From positions 32,573-96,572 of the forward strand of contig CAYJKV010000001.1 of the NCBI GenBank assembly GCA_964371255.1: a stretch of DNA of 64,000 bases, given 5' to 3'. A model generated the notes under the pieces. It searched no databases, had not been told where the DNA came from, and saw nothing but the letters and a program-made list of their open reading frames with translations. The translations under genes and the position numbers were made by a program. Shown one piece after another: positions 19,877 through 28,365 of this stretch (positions within the stretch are counted from its first letter, which is position 1; the number at the start of each line of letters is the position of its first letter). Origin of the DNA: an uncultured Candidatus Saccharibacteria bacterium (lineage in GTDB: Bacteria > Patescibacteriota > Andersenbacteria > UBA10190).

Positions 19877-20254
19877 ATGCTTCAATACAGCGAAAAGGTC
19901 AAAGACCACTTAATGAATCCACGGAATGTAGGAACGATGGACGAACCCAGCGGGGTTGGGTCCGTTGGAAATCCAGTGTGCGGCGATATTATGGAAATGT
20001 ACCTGAAAGTAGAAAACGGTGTGATTACCGATGCTAAATTTCGCACGTTTGGTTGCGGCGCGGCGATTGCCACCAGCTCGATGGTGACAGAGCTGGTGAA
20101 GGGCAAAACGTTGGAAGAAGCGATGAATATTACGAAAGAAGTGCTAGTAAATGAGCTCGACGGTTTGCCACCGATTAAGACGCATTGCTCGGTGTTGGGG
20201 ATTGAGGCTTTACATAAAGCCATCGCTGATTATAAGGCTAAGAGTGTTGCTTGA
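19877..20254 (+). CDS. iscU: Fe-S scaffold IscU/NifU-N
   Basis: NPRNVG, GNPVCGD, FGCGAAIA, LPPIKTHCS. Confidence 0.95.
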   Translation: MLQYSEKVKDHLMNPRNVGTMDEPSGVGSVGNPVCGDIMEMYLKVENGVITDAKFRTFGCGAAIATSSMVTELVKGKTLEEAMNITKEVLVNELDGLPPIKTHCSVLGIEALHKAIADYKAKSVA

Positions 20255-20318
20255 TTGACGATGACTTATTTGGTTCGGAACGCGGGACAGGTCAGGGCGA
20301 TCGTGTTAGAATAGTGTT

Positions 20319-20906
20319 ATGGAAAAAGGAACAAAGAAGTCGGTCCGTAAATGGAGCTTAACTTTTATTAGCGGTGCTTTCGCGGTGGCACTGGCGATGT
20401 TGTACGTTCTAGTATTACGCAGTGTCGCCGTGCAGCTCGAACAGCCACCACCACAAATGACGGAACCATATCCTGATATTAGTACAGAACAAAAGTGTGA
20501 GGAGATGGGTGGCCGCTGGGTGGCGATGCCGGAAGGTAAAGGTGTGGGGACGGAACAGATGGCAGTACCAGTGAGGGAGGGACAAACTATCAGCGCGTAT
20601 TGCCAGGGGCCGCTTAGATTTGAACGGGAAAGAGAAAAACAAATGGAAGATAGCCGACAAATGTCACTGTTTGTGTTCGCGGTGGGTGGGGCGATAGCGG
20701 TAGCGAGCAGTTTGCTGATCGTGCAGCTTAGACCGGTGGCGCCAGGATTAATGATGGGTGGCATCGCCTCGTTTTTTGTAGCTGGCATTCAGGTGTGGAT
20801 GCTGGCGCCGGGACTGGGCAGGCTGGCGACGATCGTGGTCATCTTTATTATATTGCTTGGGGTTGGGGTGTACGTTTTTCGCGAAAAGGAAGGCGAGGAA
20901 ATCTAG
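20319..20906 (+). CDS. Hypothetical four-TM membrane protein with a small Cys-containing external loop
   Basis: TM pattern; CEEMGGRW...YC. Confidence 0.7.
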   Translation: MEKGTKKSVRKWSLTFISGAFAVALAMLYVLVLRSVAVQLEQPPPQMTEPYPDISTEQKCEEMGGRWVAMPEGKGVGTEQMAVPVREGQTISAYCQGPLRFEREREKQMEDSRQMSLFVFAVGGAIAVASSLLIVQLRPVAPGLMMGGIASFFVAGIQVWMLAPGLGRLATIVVIFIILLGVGVYVFREKEGEEI

Positions 20907-21076
20907 CCTTGAGACGGCATGGCGGCTACCAAAACCTTGACTGGTTTGGCGGCCGGTTTGTTTATAACAATTAGGGGGGGTATTGAAGAGAAGGTGTGAT
21001 AGCTAGGGATGAGTGAGTTGAATAAATATATATGATATGGTAATACTTGATATGATATATCTGGTATAATGTTTTT

Positions 21077-21838
21077 ATGGCCAAAGACCTTTATATATAC
21101 ACGAGCGCAGAGAAACAATGGGGACGGGTACGACCGCTGAGGGGCTGGACGGAACGGAAGGTATTAGCGTTCTCGCCCCACGCTGATGATTTAAGTATTG
21201 CGGCTGGCGGATTCTTGCATCTACTGGGCAAGCAAAATGACGTGCAGCCGGTATTAGGTTTTACGGGATGGCGGGGAGTAGGTAATGGTCTAACCAAGAA
21301 TGAAGCGACCGTCTGGCGGGAGAAGGAAATGACAGCCGAGGCGCAATTGTTAGGCATTAAACCGCCAGTATTTTTGAGACTGTTGTCATATGAAAATACA
21401 ATGGAGGAGGATATTAATAAGGACAGGGCGACGGTGAAGGAACTAATTGATCAAGAGCAACCAGACATAATCTTTTTGCCGAGCAAGGATGACAGCCAAC
21501 CGCGGCATAGTCTGCTGACAAAATTAATCTGGCAGGCAGTAGAGAAAAGCTCTGCACCAGCGACCCTCGTTTATTATGAAACGCCCTGGTCGTTATTCGC
21601 GGCCGATCGGATTGATTTACTGGTACCGCTTGATCAGGCAGTAATGACGCGGAAAATAAAGGCGATAAAAGCGCACGCATCGCAGTTAGCGCGGACGAAT
21701 TTTGTGAAGATTAGCCAGACGATGCTGGAATACCGTGCGCTGACGGTACCGGAACAACTGGTGAGTGGTTTTGGTTCGCAGAATGATTTTGGGCAATGGA
21801 TGGAGGTTTATGCTATGGAGCGCTATAAAGAAGAATGA
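21077..21838 (+). CDS. PIG-L/LmbE family N-deacetylase
   Basis: SPHADD, REKEM, DSQPRH, YETPW, AHASQ. Confidence 0.85.
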   Translation: MAKDLYIYTSAEKQWGRVRPLRGWTERKVLAFSPHADDLSIAAGGFLHLLGKQNDVQPVLGFTGWRGVGNGLTKNEATVWREKEMTAEAQLLGIKPPVFLRLLSYENTMEEDINKDRATVKELIDQEQPDIIFLPSKDDSQPRHSLLTKLIWQAVEKSSAPATLVYYETPWSLFAADRIDLLVPLDQAVMTRKIKAIKAHASQLARTNFVKISQTMLEYRALTVPEQLVSGFGSQNDFGQWMEVYAMERYKEE

Positions 21839-22584
21839 TGGGCATAGAAAGAATTGTAGTGGATGATTATGAGGAATTGTCCAAACAAGCGGCCAAGCTA
21901 GTCGCGCAGAGAATAAAAGAAAAGCCGACGCTGGTTTTAGGATTAGCGACTGGCTCGACACCAATTGGTTTGTATGAACGATTGGTGGCGATGTATCGCC
22001 AAGGTGAAATTGATTGGTCGCAAGTAACGACTTTTAACCTGGATGAGTATTGCGGGTTAGAGACCAGCCATCCGCAAAGTTACCGATATTTTATGGATGA
22101 ACATTTGTTCAGCCGGGTGAATATTGATCGTGGAAGGACTAATTTTCCCAGCGAAAGAAAGGTTGCAGGTTATGAACGGGCAATCAAGGAGGCCGGCGGC
22201 ATTGATCTGCAAATACTAGGCATCGGGCGGAATGGGCACATAGGTTTTAATGAACCAGGGTCGCAGTTTGATTCGCAAACGCGCGTGGTGGAGCTAACCG
22301 AGACGACGATTCAGGACAATGCACGGTTTTTTGTGCGGAGAGATGAGGTGCCAAGAAAAGCGGTAACTATGGGTTTAGAGACTATTATGGAGTCCCGGGA
22401 AATATTATTGCTAGCCAGCGGTGCCAATAAGGCGGAGGTGGTGCAGAGAATGTTGTCTCAAAAGCCGTCCTGGGATGTACCGGCTTCGGTATTGCAAGGA
22501 CATAATAAGGTGATAATAATGACAGATAGAGAAGCGGCAGGGACAATCGCCCCGGATCACCAATTGCCCATGACCAAACATTGA
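21835..22584 (+). CDS. nagB: Glucosamine-6-phosphate deaminase
   Basis: GLATGSTP, FNLDEY, HPQSY, GIGRNGHIGFNEP. Confidence 0.95.
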   Translation: MMGIERIVVDDYEELSKQAAKLVAQRIKEKPTLVLGLATGSTPIGLYERLVAMYRQGEIDWSQVTTFNLDEYCGLETSHPQSYRYFMDEHLFSRVNIDRGRTNFPSERKVAGYERAIKEAGGIDLQILGIGRNGHIGFNEPGSQFDSQTRVVELTETTIQDNARFFVRRDEVPRKAVTMGLETIMESREILLLASGANKAEVVQRMLSQKPSWDVPASVLQGHNKVIIMTDREAAGTIAPDHQLPMTKH

Positions 22585-22632
22585 CTAAGTCGTAAGGTCA
22601 AAAACCCTAACCATAAACAGGTATTAAAACAA

Positions 22633-22953
22633 ATGGAGCAAAGAGAAGATAAGAGAAATTTATTTAAAATTGCCTTCTTACAGGCGGTTGGCTTAATCGG
22701 ATATTGTGGATTAGTGGCGCTGATATTTTTAGATGGCAATGATTGGGTTGGACCGATGAGTTGGTGGGGCCCGCTGCTTTTTCTGGTGTTATTTGTGGTG
22801 TCAGCCTTGGTCTCAGCCTTAATCACGTTGGGTTATACGGTCTATTTGATTTGGGACAAGAAACAAGTTAAAGAAGGACTAATGCTGACAGTTTATACAG
22901 CCGGGTACTTGCTGATTTTTGTGGTTGGTGTAATTGTGGTGATGGCAAACTGA
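22633..22953 (+). CDS. Hypothetical three-TM membrane protein
   Basis: Hydrophobic pattern; LFVVSALVSALITLGY. Confidence 0.7.
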   Translation: MEQREDKRNLFKIAFLQAVGLIGYCGLVALIFLDGNDWVGPMSWWGPLLFLVLFVVSALVSALITLGYTVYLIWDKKQVKEGLMLTVYTAGYLLIFVVGVIVVMAN

Positions 22954-23103
22954 CTGATAAAGACATGGCTCGGGGGTTAGGTGGTGATATAGGAGATGCG
23001 CTTAAGACTATCTGTAATTTGTTAATGATGAATGACAATTGCAGTTTTATTTTTGTATACGCCTGGCATAAGATTGAAGAATAGAGAAAGGAGGTGACTG
23101 AAT

Positions 23104-23355
23104 ATGAAAGCAGTGCATGTGATAAGTTTTGTGCTAGTGGTGGTGGGAGCAATCAATTGGGGCTTAGTTGGCCTATTCAATTTTAATCTGGTGGCATTGG
23201 TGTTGGGTAGTGTGACTTGGTTGGAAAGGTTGATTTACGTGCTTGTAGGTGTGGCAGGAGTGATTCTAATAGCCACGCATAAAAGTTCATGCAAGGAGTG
23301 TGCCGGGAGAGATGTGGTAAAACCCTCGACTCCGACAGTGGAGCAGGCAGTCTAA
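23104..23355 (+). CDS. DUF378 family small membrane protein
   Basis: LVVVGAINWGLVGLFNFNLV...IYVLVG; AAGGAGGTG SD. Confidence 0.88.
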   Translation: MKAVHVISFVLVVVGAINWGLVGLFNFNLVALVLGSVTWLERLIYVLVGVAGVILIATHKSSCKECAGRDVVKPSTPTVEQAV

Positions 23356-23441
23356 GAGGGGGAGAAGGAAAAGGGTGATTGTAACAGATGGCCGGTGTTT
23401 TTTAGTATGGATGGTAAATTAGAGAATAAAACTGTTAATTA

Positions 23442-23825
23442 ATGCAATTTATTATAATTATGATGAGATATAATATAACGCAACTGGCGATCAATTGGCT
23501 GGTAGCTACCTTGGCGATTGTCATTTCGACATATTTGGTACCGGCTGTGCAGGTGTCGGGATTATGGGCTGCCTTAGTGACTGCGTTGGTGCTGGGAATA
23601 ATTAACGCCTGCCTGCGACCATTATTGCTGGTGCTGACATTGCCGATCAATGTTTTAACGCTGGGACTTTTTACGTTAGTGATTAATGCCGCGTTGATAA
23701 TGCTAACGAGTGCACTGGTACAAGGTTTTTACGTGCCTGGTTTTTGGTGGGCATTATTCTTCAGTGTGGTGTTGATGCTGGTAAATATGGGGCTGCATTT
23801 GCTGGAGCATGGCAGAAACCTCTAA
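23442..23825 (+). CDS. YvlD/phage-holin-4 family membrane protein (start may be 23460)
   Basis: LRPLLLVLTLPINVLTLGLFTLVINA. Confidence 0.88.
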   Translation: MQFIIIMMRYNITQLAINWLVATLAIVISTYLVPAVQVSGLWAALVTALVLGIINACLRPLLLVLTLPINVLTLGLFTLVINAALIMLTSALVQGFYVPGFWWALFFSVVLMLVNMGLHLLEHGRNL

Positions 23826-23872
23826 TAGGGGTGGACAACCAGAAGAAGGTGCCGGCAGGGATGTTTATTTAA

Positions 23873-24613
23873 TCAAGGACTATCAGTAGAAGTGGAAAAT
23901 AGAATATTCAGTGGGTTTAGCCAGGCGGACAAGTCGGCCTGTTTGGGAACATACCCGCGCAGGTCAAGTTTAGTGCCAACAAGAATAGCGAGATGTAAGT
24001 GTTTTCTCTCGCCATCTGTGGCGTCGCTCTTATCCTGTCCCAGGTAACCGATGGTTTCACCAGCAGCGACGGGATTATTTTCTTTAATTAACCGCGCCGG
24101 ATCAAGATGGCCATAGATACCGAGATGCGGCTGGTTGTTGATGATATGTTCAATAACTACCACACCACCATAGCCGTTAGAGCGTCGAGCGGACCGGACT
24201 GTGCCAGCGGTAATGGATCTGACTGGTACATCGGCGGTGATATCCGTGTACTCGGCATCGGCGCCAGTGTGATAACCAGTAAATCTCTCCGGCTGAACAG
24301 GTGAGTTTTTGGGATCAATATAAATCCCAAAAGGTTTTTTGGTGACACGCCGCACAAAGTTTTCGACTGGTTCAACGAAAGATTCCGATGGCAGGGCGGG
24401 AGCAGGGGAGATGGATGACGGGGAAGGTGTGTTGAGAAGGGGTGAAGACGGTGAAAAGGGAGATTGGCTTAGGTAAGGTTCAGACGGGGGAAAAGAGTTT
24501 TCAGTAGTGGCTATGAATTCCGGGGCGTTTTGTTTCGGCCAGATAAGGAAGGCGCTGGCAAGGACTAGAATGCCAATGATGGCAAGGAGGGGAGAGGCTT
24601 TGAATAGGGGCAT
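23873..24613 (-). CDS. M23 family metallopeptidase, membrane anchored
   Basis: HTGAD, GYGGVV, YGHL, HLH motifs. Confidence 0.88.
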   Translation of the reverse strand: MPLFKASPLLAIIGILVLASAFLIWPKQNAPEFIATTENSFPPSEPYLSQSPFSPSSPLLNTPSPSSISPAPALPSESFVEPVENFVRRVTKKPFGIYIDPKNSPVQPERFTGYHTGADAEYTDITADVPVRSITAGTVRSARRSNGYGGVVVIEHIINNQPHLGIYGHLDPARLIKENNPVAAGETIGYLGQDKSDATDGERKHLHLAILVGTKLDLRGYVPKQADLSAWLNPLNILFSTSTDSP

Positions 24614-24743
24614 AGATAGTTAATTAATACTATCAGAATACAGTTAATCTCTTAAAGTTGTTTCATGATGTTCTCCAGGGGCCTAATACTTATTGTTTAA
24701 AATCTTTTTCATTAAATTATGATTTGAAAGTTATGCAATATTA

Positions 24744-24772
24744 TTGACAGTAGAAAACGTGGTTGGTAAGCT
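24744..24772 (+). promoter_or_regulatory. sigma70 promoter upstream of the riboswitch
   Basis: TTGACA-17 nt-TAAGCT. Confidence 0.65.
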
Positions 24773-24827
24773 TGGTTTACTGTTAGTCAGCGATGGCTGA
24801 CGAGACAAGAATGAATTTTAAAAATTT

Positions 24828-24945
24828 GTCATTAGTTTGGTGAAGCGGGTGTAAATCCCGCGCTGTGCCGCAACGGTGTTCCAGCCAAAAAGCTGGTCAG
24901 TCCGATCCTAAATTAATGGAGAGAGTGCTTCCGAGCAGGAGTTAA
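24828..24945 (+). ncRNA. Cobalamin riboswitch aptamer
   Basis: gcggg-tgtaaat-cccgc T-loop hairpin, ctgtgccgcaacgg, ccagc-caaaaa-gctgg, agtccga box; cattagtttgg pairs with ctaaattaatg; cttcc-gagca-ggag hairpin; B12 genes downstream. Confidence 0.85.
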
Positions 24946-24959
24946 GAGTGATCAGTAAG

Positions 24960-24991
24960 ACTTCCAGGCTCGGTTAGCAGGAAGTTTTTTT
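24960..24991 (+). terminator. Riboswitch expression-platform terminator
   Basis: acttcc...ggaagt plus T-run; its loop gctcgg is complementary to ccgagc at 24931-24936. Confidence 0.7.
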
Positions 24992-25004
24992 ATTGACTAA
25001 TGAT

Positions 25005-25547
25005 ATGAAGATTGAAGTATTGAGTAAGCTACTTAAGGCCAAGACCGAATTGATCATCTTGGCGATATTGGTCCCGCTAGTGTTAACGCTGGGCGTGATA
25101 TTGGCGAAGTGGTCTACGTGGCAGGAGATAGGTGTGCCGGCACCGTCGACGACATCGCCAGGGTTAGAAGAAAATCAAGGGAGCGCGGCGGTGGAGAAAA
25201 CAATAACGTCGATGGAGTCGGAGGTAGCCAAGCAGGCAGTCTCTTTGGCAGTGGAAAACGGCGCGGACAAGACCACGGTACTGGTGCCGGTGGCGGGAAC
25301 CGCGTCGGTGGCAGAGGTGCTGCAGACAGCAGTGGCGGAGAACAAAATAACGATGGAGTATAAAGATTATGGCGCGGCGATGGGCATATTGATTGAATCG
25401 ATAAATAATATTGCGAACAATAGCGGACAGAAACGGTATTGGTACTTATACGTGAATGGTCAGCTATCACCGGTGGGAGCAAGCCAAGCACAAGTTGAAG
25501 CTGGTGATGTCATAACCTGGAAGTATGAAGAGGAGAAAGATGAGTAA
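25005..25547 (+). CDS. Membrane-anchored DUF4430 (transcobalamin beta-domain-like) protein
   Basis: N-terminal TM; YGAAMGILIESIN...YWYLYVNGQLSPVGASQAQVEAGDVITWKY. Confidence 0.82.
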   Translation: MKIEVLSKLLKAKTELIILAILVPLVLTLGVILAKWSTWQEIGVPAPSTTSPGLEENQGSAAVEKTITSMESEVAKQAVSLAVENGADKTTVLVPVAGTASVAEVLQTAVAENKITMEYKDYGAAMGILIESINNIANNSGQKRYWYLYVNGQLSPVGASQAQVEAGDVITWKYEEEKDE

Positions 25548-27594
25548 AAACAAGAAAAAATGGCTGGGAAGCGTTGGGGCGATAACGTTAATAGTGGGTT
25601 TTGGTTTGCTAGCTGGCCAGATGGTGGCAGGGGCGACAGAGGGGACCAAAGTTCAGATGAGGGTGGAAGGGCAGACAGAACGCTTGTTTGAAGGAGAAGT
25701 GACGATCGGAGATTGCATTGCACAGGATGATGGTGGCACGGAACATTCGTTGTCGGGGGTGGCACTATGCGGGTTGGTTGACATGGCAAATAGCGAATCC
25801 ATGGCGCTTAGTTTGCAGGACTTTGGCTTTGGATTATTTGTGGCTGGCATAGGCAGTGATATCACACCGGCGGATTGGTCAAGAAGCTGGTCATTTTGGG
25901 TTAATGAGGAACCAGCCGCGGTCGGGGCAGATACGTACCCAGTCATGGAGGGGGATGAGATATTATTCGCTTTCAGCGGATACCCGACTGTACCTTTGCG
26001 GGTAACTGCGCCGGAGCAGGTGGCGGCAGGCGTGCCGTTTACGGTGGCCGTCGAGAAAAAAATCGGTGAGTATGATGCCAACTATAATTGGCTGGGACAG
26101 TGGGTGCCGGCTAGCACGATCCGGTTATGGATAGGTGATAATGAAGCGGTAATTGATGAAGAAGGGAAAGCGACGGTGAAGATAGATAGTCCGGGAATAG
26201 TTGATTTATGGGCGGAAGGTGACGGTTTAGTAAGAAGCGCGCGCCGGCCAGTTATAGTGGAAGAGGGGCAAGAAACAGTAGGGCCGACAAATACGCCTGC
26301 ACCGACAATTTCTCCACTAGTATCTCCGATAGTAAGTCCGACGATAAGTCCGACACCCTCTAGTAGTGTGACACCAGAGCCGGTGATAACGGTAGCGCCG
26401 CCCAGTCCGACGCCAGCAGGCGGTAAGCTGCTGATTGACGAAGAACGAAAGAGAGCGGCGAGGGCAGCAATTAACTATCTAAGCAGCCAGCAGGGCGCGG
26501 ATGGAAAAATTGAAGGTGATCTGGTAACAGCTTGGAGCGCGATCGCTTTTGCCGCAGATGGACAGCGGGGAGACACTGTTAAAGGGCCAGGCGGGTCTTT
26601 GTGGGCTGGATTAGCGGCGGCCGAATTATCCAGTGCCACCGATATCGAAAGACAGATAATGGCGGTGGCAGCGACCGGTGGCAATCCGCGAGATTGGCAA
26701 GGCAGAAATCTGGTTCAGGAACTGAGGGGGTATTTCATTGGAGGACAGGTAGGAGAGGTGACTATTATTAACGATGATATTTTTGGAGTGTTAGCCTGGT
26801 TGGCGGCTGGTGAACCGGTTGACTCGAGTGAAGTAGAGCAGACAATAAGAACGGTTATAGCCAATCGGGACGATAATGGAGCGTGGGGGTCCATTGATTT
26901 GACGGCAGCGGCGGTGCAAGGTTTACGGGAATACGCGAAGCGAGGCGGATTGATCAACGTAAATCCAGTGATTGAAGAAGCACGGTCATATTTGCGAAAC
27001 CACCAGGACGAATACGGGGGATGGGGGAAAAACTTAGCTAGTACAGCCTGGGGCATACAAGCTGTCGTGTCATTAGGAGAGAACCCGGCAGAGTGGCCAA
27101 ATCCGGAGGGAAAAACAGGCTGGCAAGCGTTGGCACGATACCAAAATGATAACGGTGGTTTTGGCTGGCAAGCGAATCAAGATGTCTCCAGCTTTATGAC
27201 GGCTTACGCGGTGCCGGCTCTGTTAGGGAAGTCATGGCCCATAACACCGGAGCAGGCGATAGAAAGTGAGACAAGCCTTGATGAAACAACAGAAGTAGGA
27301 TTGAAGGCGGTCCCCACAACCGCAATCGTCACTGCTTTGCCACTTAATCCAATGGTGGCTGGGATTCAAGCAGGAGACGAAGGTGAAATAAGCGGGCCAG
27401 GCGAAGTAGGTACGAGGGAAGAAACAGTTCAAGCTGACAGTAGCGCACAGACCGAGCGTGGGCCTGGCGACAGGGAGGTTGTGAATAAATTTATTCAACC
27501 AAATGAGCGTGATTGGCAATTCGTTTTTTCCGTGTTCAGTCTGGCTAATATTGGGATTGGTGTTACAGTAGCTAGATTGTTTATAAAGATATGA
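25540..27594 (+). CDS. Surface protein: DUF4430-like domain, PT linker, alpha/alpha toroid (prenyltransferase/squalene-cyclase repeats) and C-terminal TM
   Basis: FGLFVAGIG..WSFWVN..VGA..EGDEILF; repeats YLSSQQGADG, NRDDNGAWG, YLRNHQDEYGGWG, LARYQNDNGGFG; AGGAG SD before 25540. Confidence 0.8.
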   Translation: MSKNKKKWLGSVGAITLIVGFGLLAGQMVAGATEGTKVQMRVEGQTERLFEGEVTIGDCIAQDDGGTEHSLSGVALCGLVDMANSESMALSLQDFGFGLFVAGIGSDITPADWSRSWSFWVNEEPAAVGADTYPVMEGDEILFAFSGYPTVPLRVTAPEQVAAGVPFTVAVEKKIGEYDANYNWLGQWVPASTIRLWIGDNEAVIDEEGKATVKIDSPGIVDLWAEGDGLVRSARRPVIVEEGQETVGPTNTPAPTISPLVSPIVSPTISPTPSSSVTPEPVITVAPPSPTPAGGKLLIDEERKRAARAAINYLSSQQGADGKIEGDLVTAWSAIAFAADGQRGDTVKGPGGSLWAGLAAAELSSATDIERQIMAVAATGGNPRDWQGRNLVQELRGYFIGGQVGEVTIINDDIFGVLAWLAAGEPVDSSEVEQTIRTVIANRDDNGAWGSIDLTAAAVQGLREYAKRGGLINVNPVIEEARSYLRNHQDEYGGWGKNLASTAWGIQAVVSLGENPAEWPNPEGKTGWQALARYQNDNGGFGWQANQDVSSFMTAYAVPALLGKSWPITPEQAIESETSLDETTEVGLKAVPTTAIVTALPLNPMVAGIQAGDEGEISGPGEVGTREETVQADSSAQTERGPGDREVVNKFIQPNERDWQFVFSVFSLANIGIGVTVARLFIKI

Positions 27595-28202
27595 CGAGAT
27601 CGCAAACAGAAAAAATAATATGGTCGGTGTGTTTGATAGTAGTGGTTTTAATGATTAGGACTAGCGATCATATGCCCAACGTGGTGCCGATCGCAGCGAT
27701 CGCTTTATGGGCAGGGGCTGTTTGGCCGATGCCGGGAGCGATGGTCGTCCCATTGGTTGCGATGTTGCTGGCCGATATGGTTATCGGCCTGGCCAGCTGG
27801 CCGGTCATGTTAGCGGTTTATCTGTCATACGGTCTGATTGCCGGGATGGGCCGGTGGGTGAAGGAACGGTTTAGGCCGGCGAAAATTGTCGGCACGGCCA
27901 TGTTGGGGGCCACGGTATTTTATTTGATAACGAATGCGGCCGTGTGGTGGTTTGACGGCTTGTATCCGCGCACGATGACTGGTTTGATCCTGTCTTATTT
28001 TTACGCTTTGCCATTCTATCGCAGTACGTTACTAGGCGATATTGTTTATACTGGCAGTTTGTTTGTAGTGTGGCATAGTTGGCCGGCGGCAGTTGGTTGG
28101 GTGACCAAAAAGCTAACAGGCAAGACGCAGTTCGAGAGTTTGGCGCTCAAGACAGACATGAAACTGCAGAAGGCAGAAATAAGGAGAGAAAAGGTTAATT
28201 AA
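27591..28202 (+). CDS. DUF6580-like membrane protein, putative ECF S-component-type vitamin transporter
   Basis: HMPNVVPIAAIALWAG, FYLITNAAVW, Y..T..GL...Y..ALPFYR..LLGD. Confidence 0.75.
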   Translation: MTRSQTEKIIWSVCLIVVVLMIRTSDHMPNVVPIAAIALWAGAVWPMPGAMVVPLVAMLLADMVIGLASWPVMLAVYLSYGLIAGMGRWVKERFRPAKIVGTAMLGATVFYLITNAAVWWFDGLYPRTMTGLILSYFYALPFYRSTLLGDIVYTGSLFVVWHSWPAAVGWVTKKLTGKTQFESLALKTDMKLQKAEIRREKVN

Positions 28203-28207
28203 TTATA

Positions 28208-28237
28208 TTGACGGTGACTAAAGCGGATTGGTATACT
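28208..28237 (+). promoter_or_regulatory. sigma70 promoter for nrdJ
   Basis: TTGACG-18 nt-TATACT with TG extension. Confidence 0.55.
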
Positions 28238-28365
28238 GGTTTTACTTTTCAAATCGAACGGAAAAATAGTTCGCTTTGGCTAATCCTTTAATAAAACGTT
28301 TTCCACGCGTTTCCATTTAAGGGTTGGGTTATTTTGTAACGTTTACCCTTAATAAAAATAAAAAC

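Noticed and set aside
23442-24613. Holin plus M23 peptidase as a prophage lysis cassette
   Set aside because: Genes are convergent, the YvlD-type family is commonly chromosomal, and no phage structural or integrase genes are present
26430-27240. Squalene-hopene cyclase or prenyltransferase enzyme
   Set aside because: Exported, membrane-anchored context under a B12 riboswitch and no catalytic DxDD motif; a binding role is more likely
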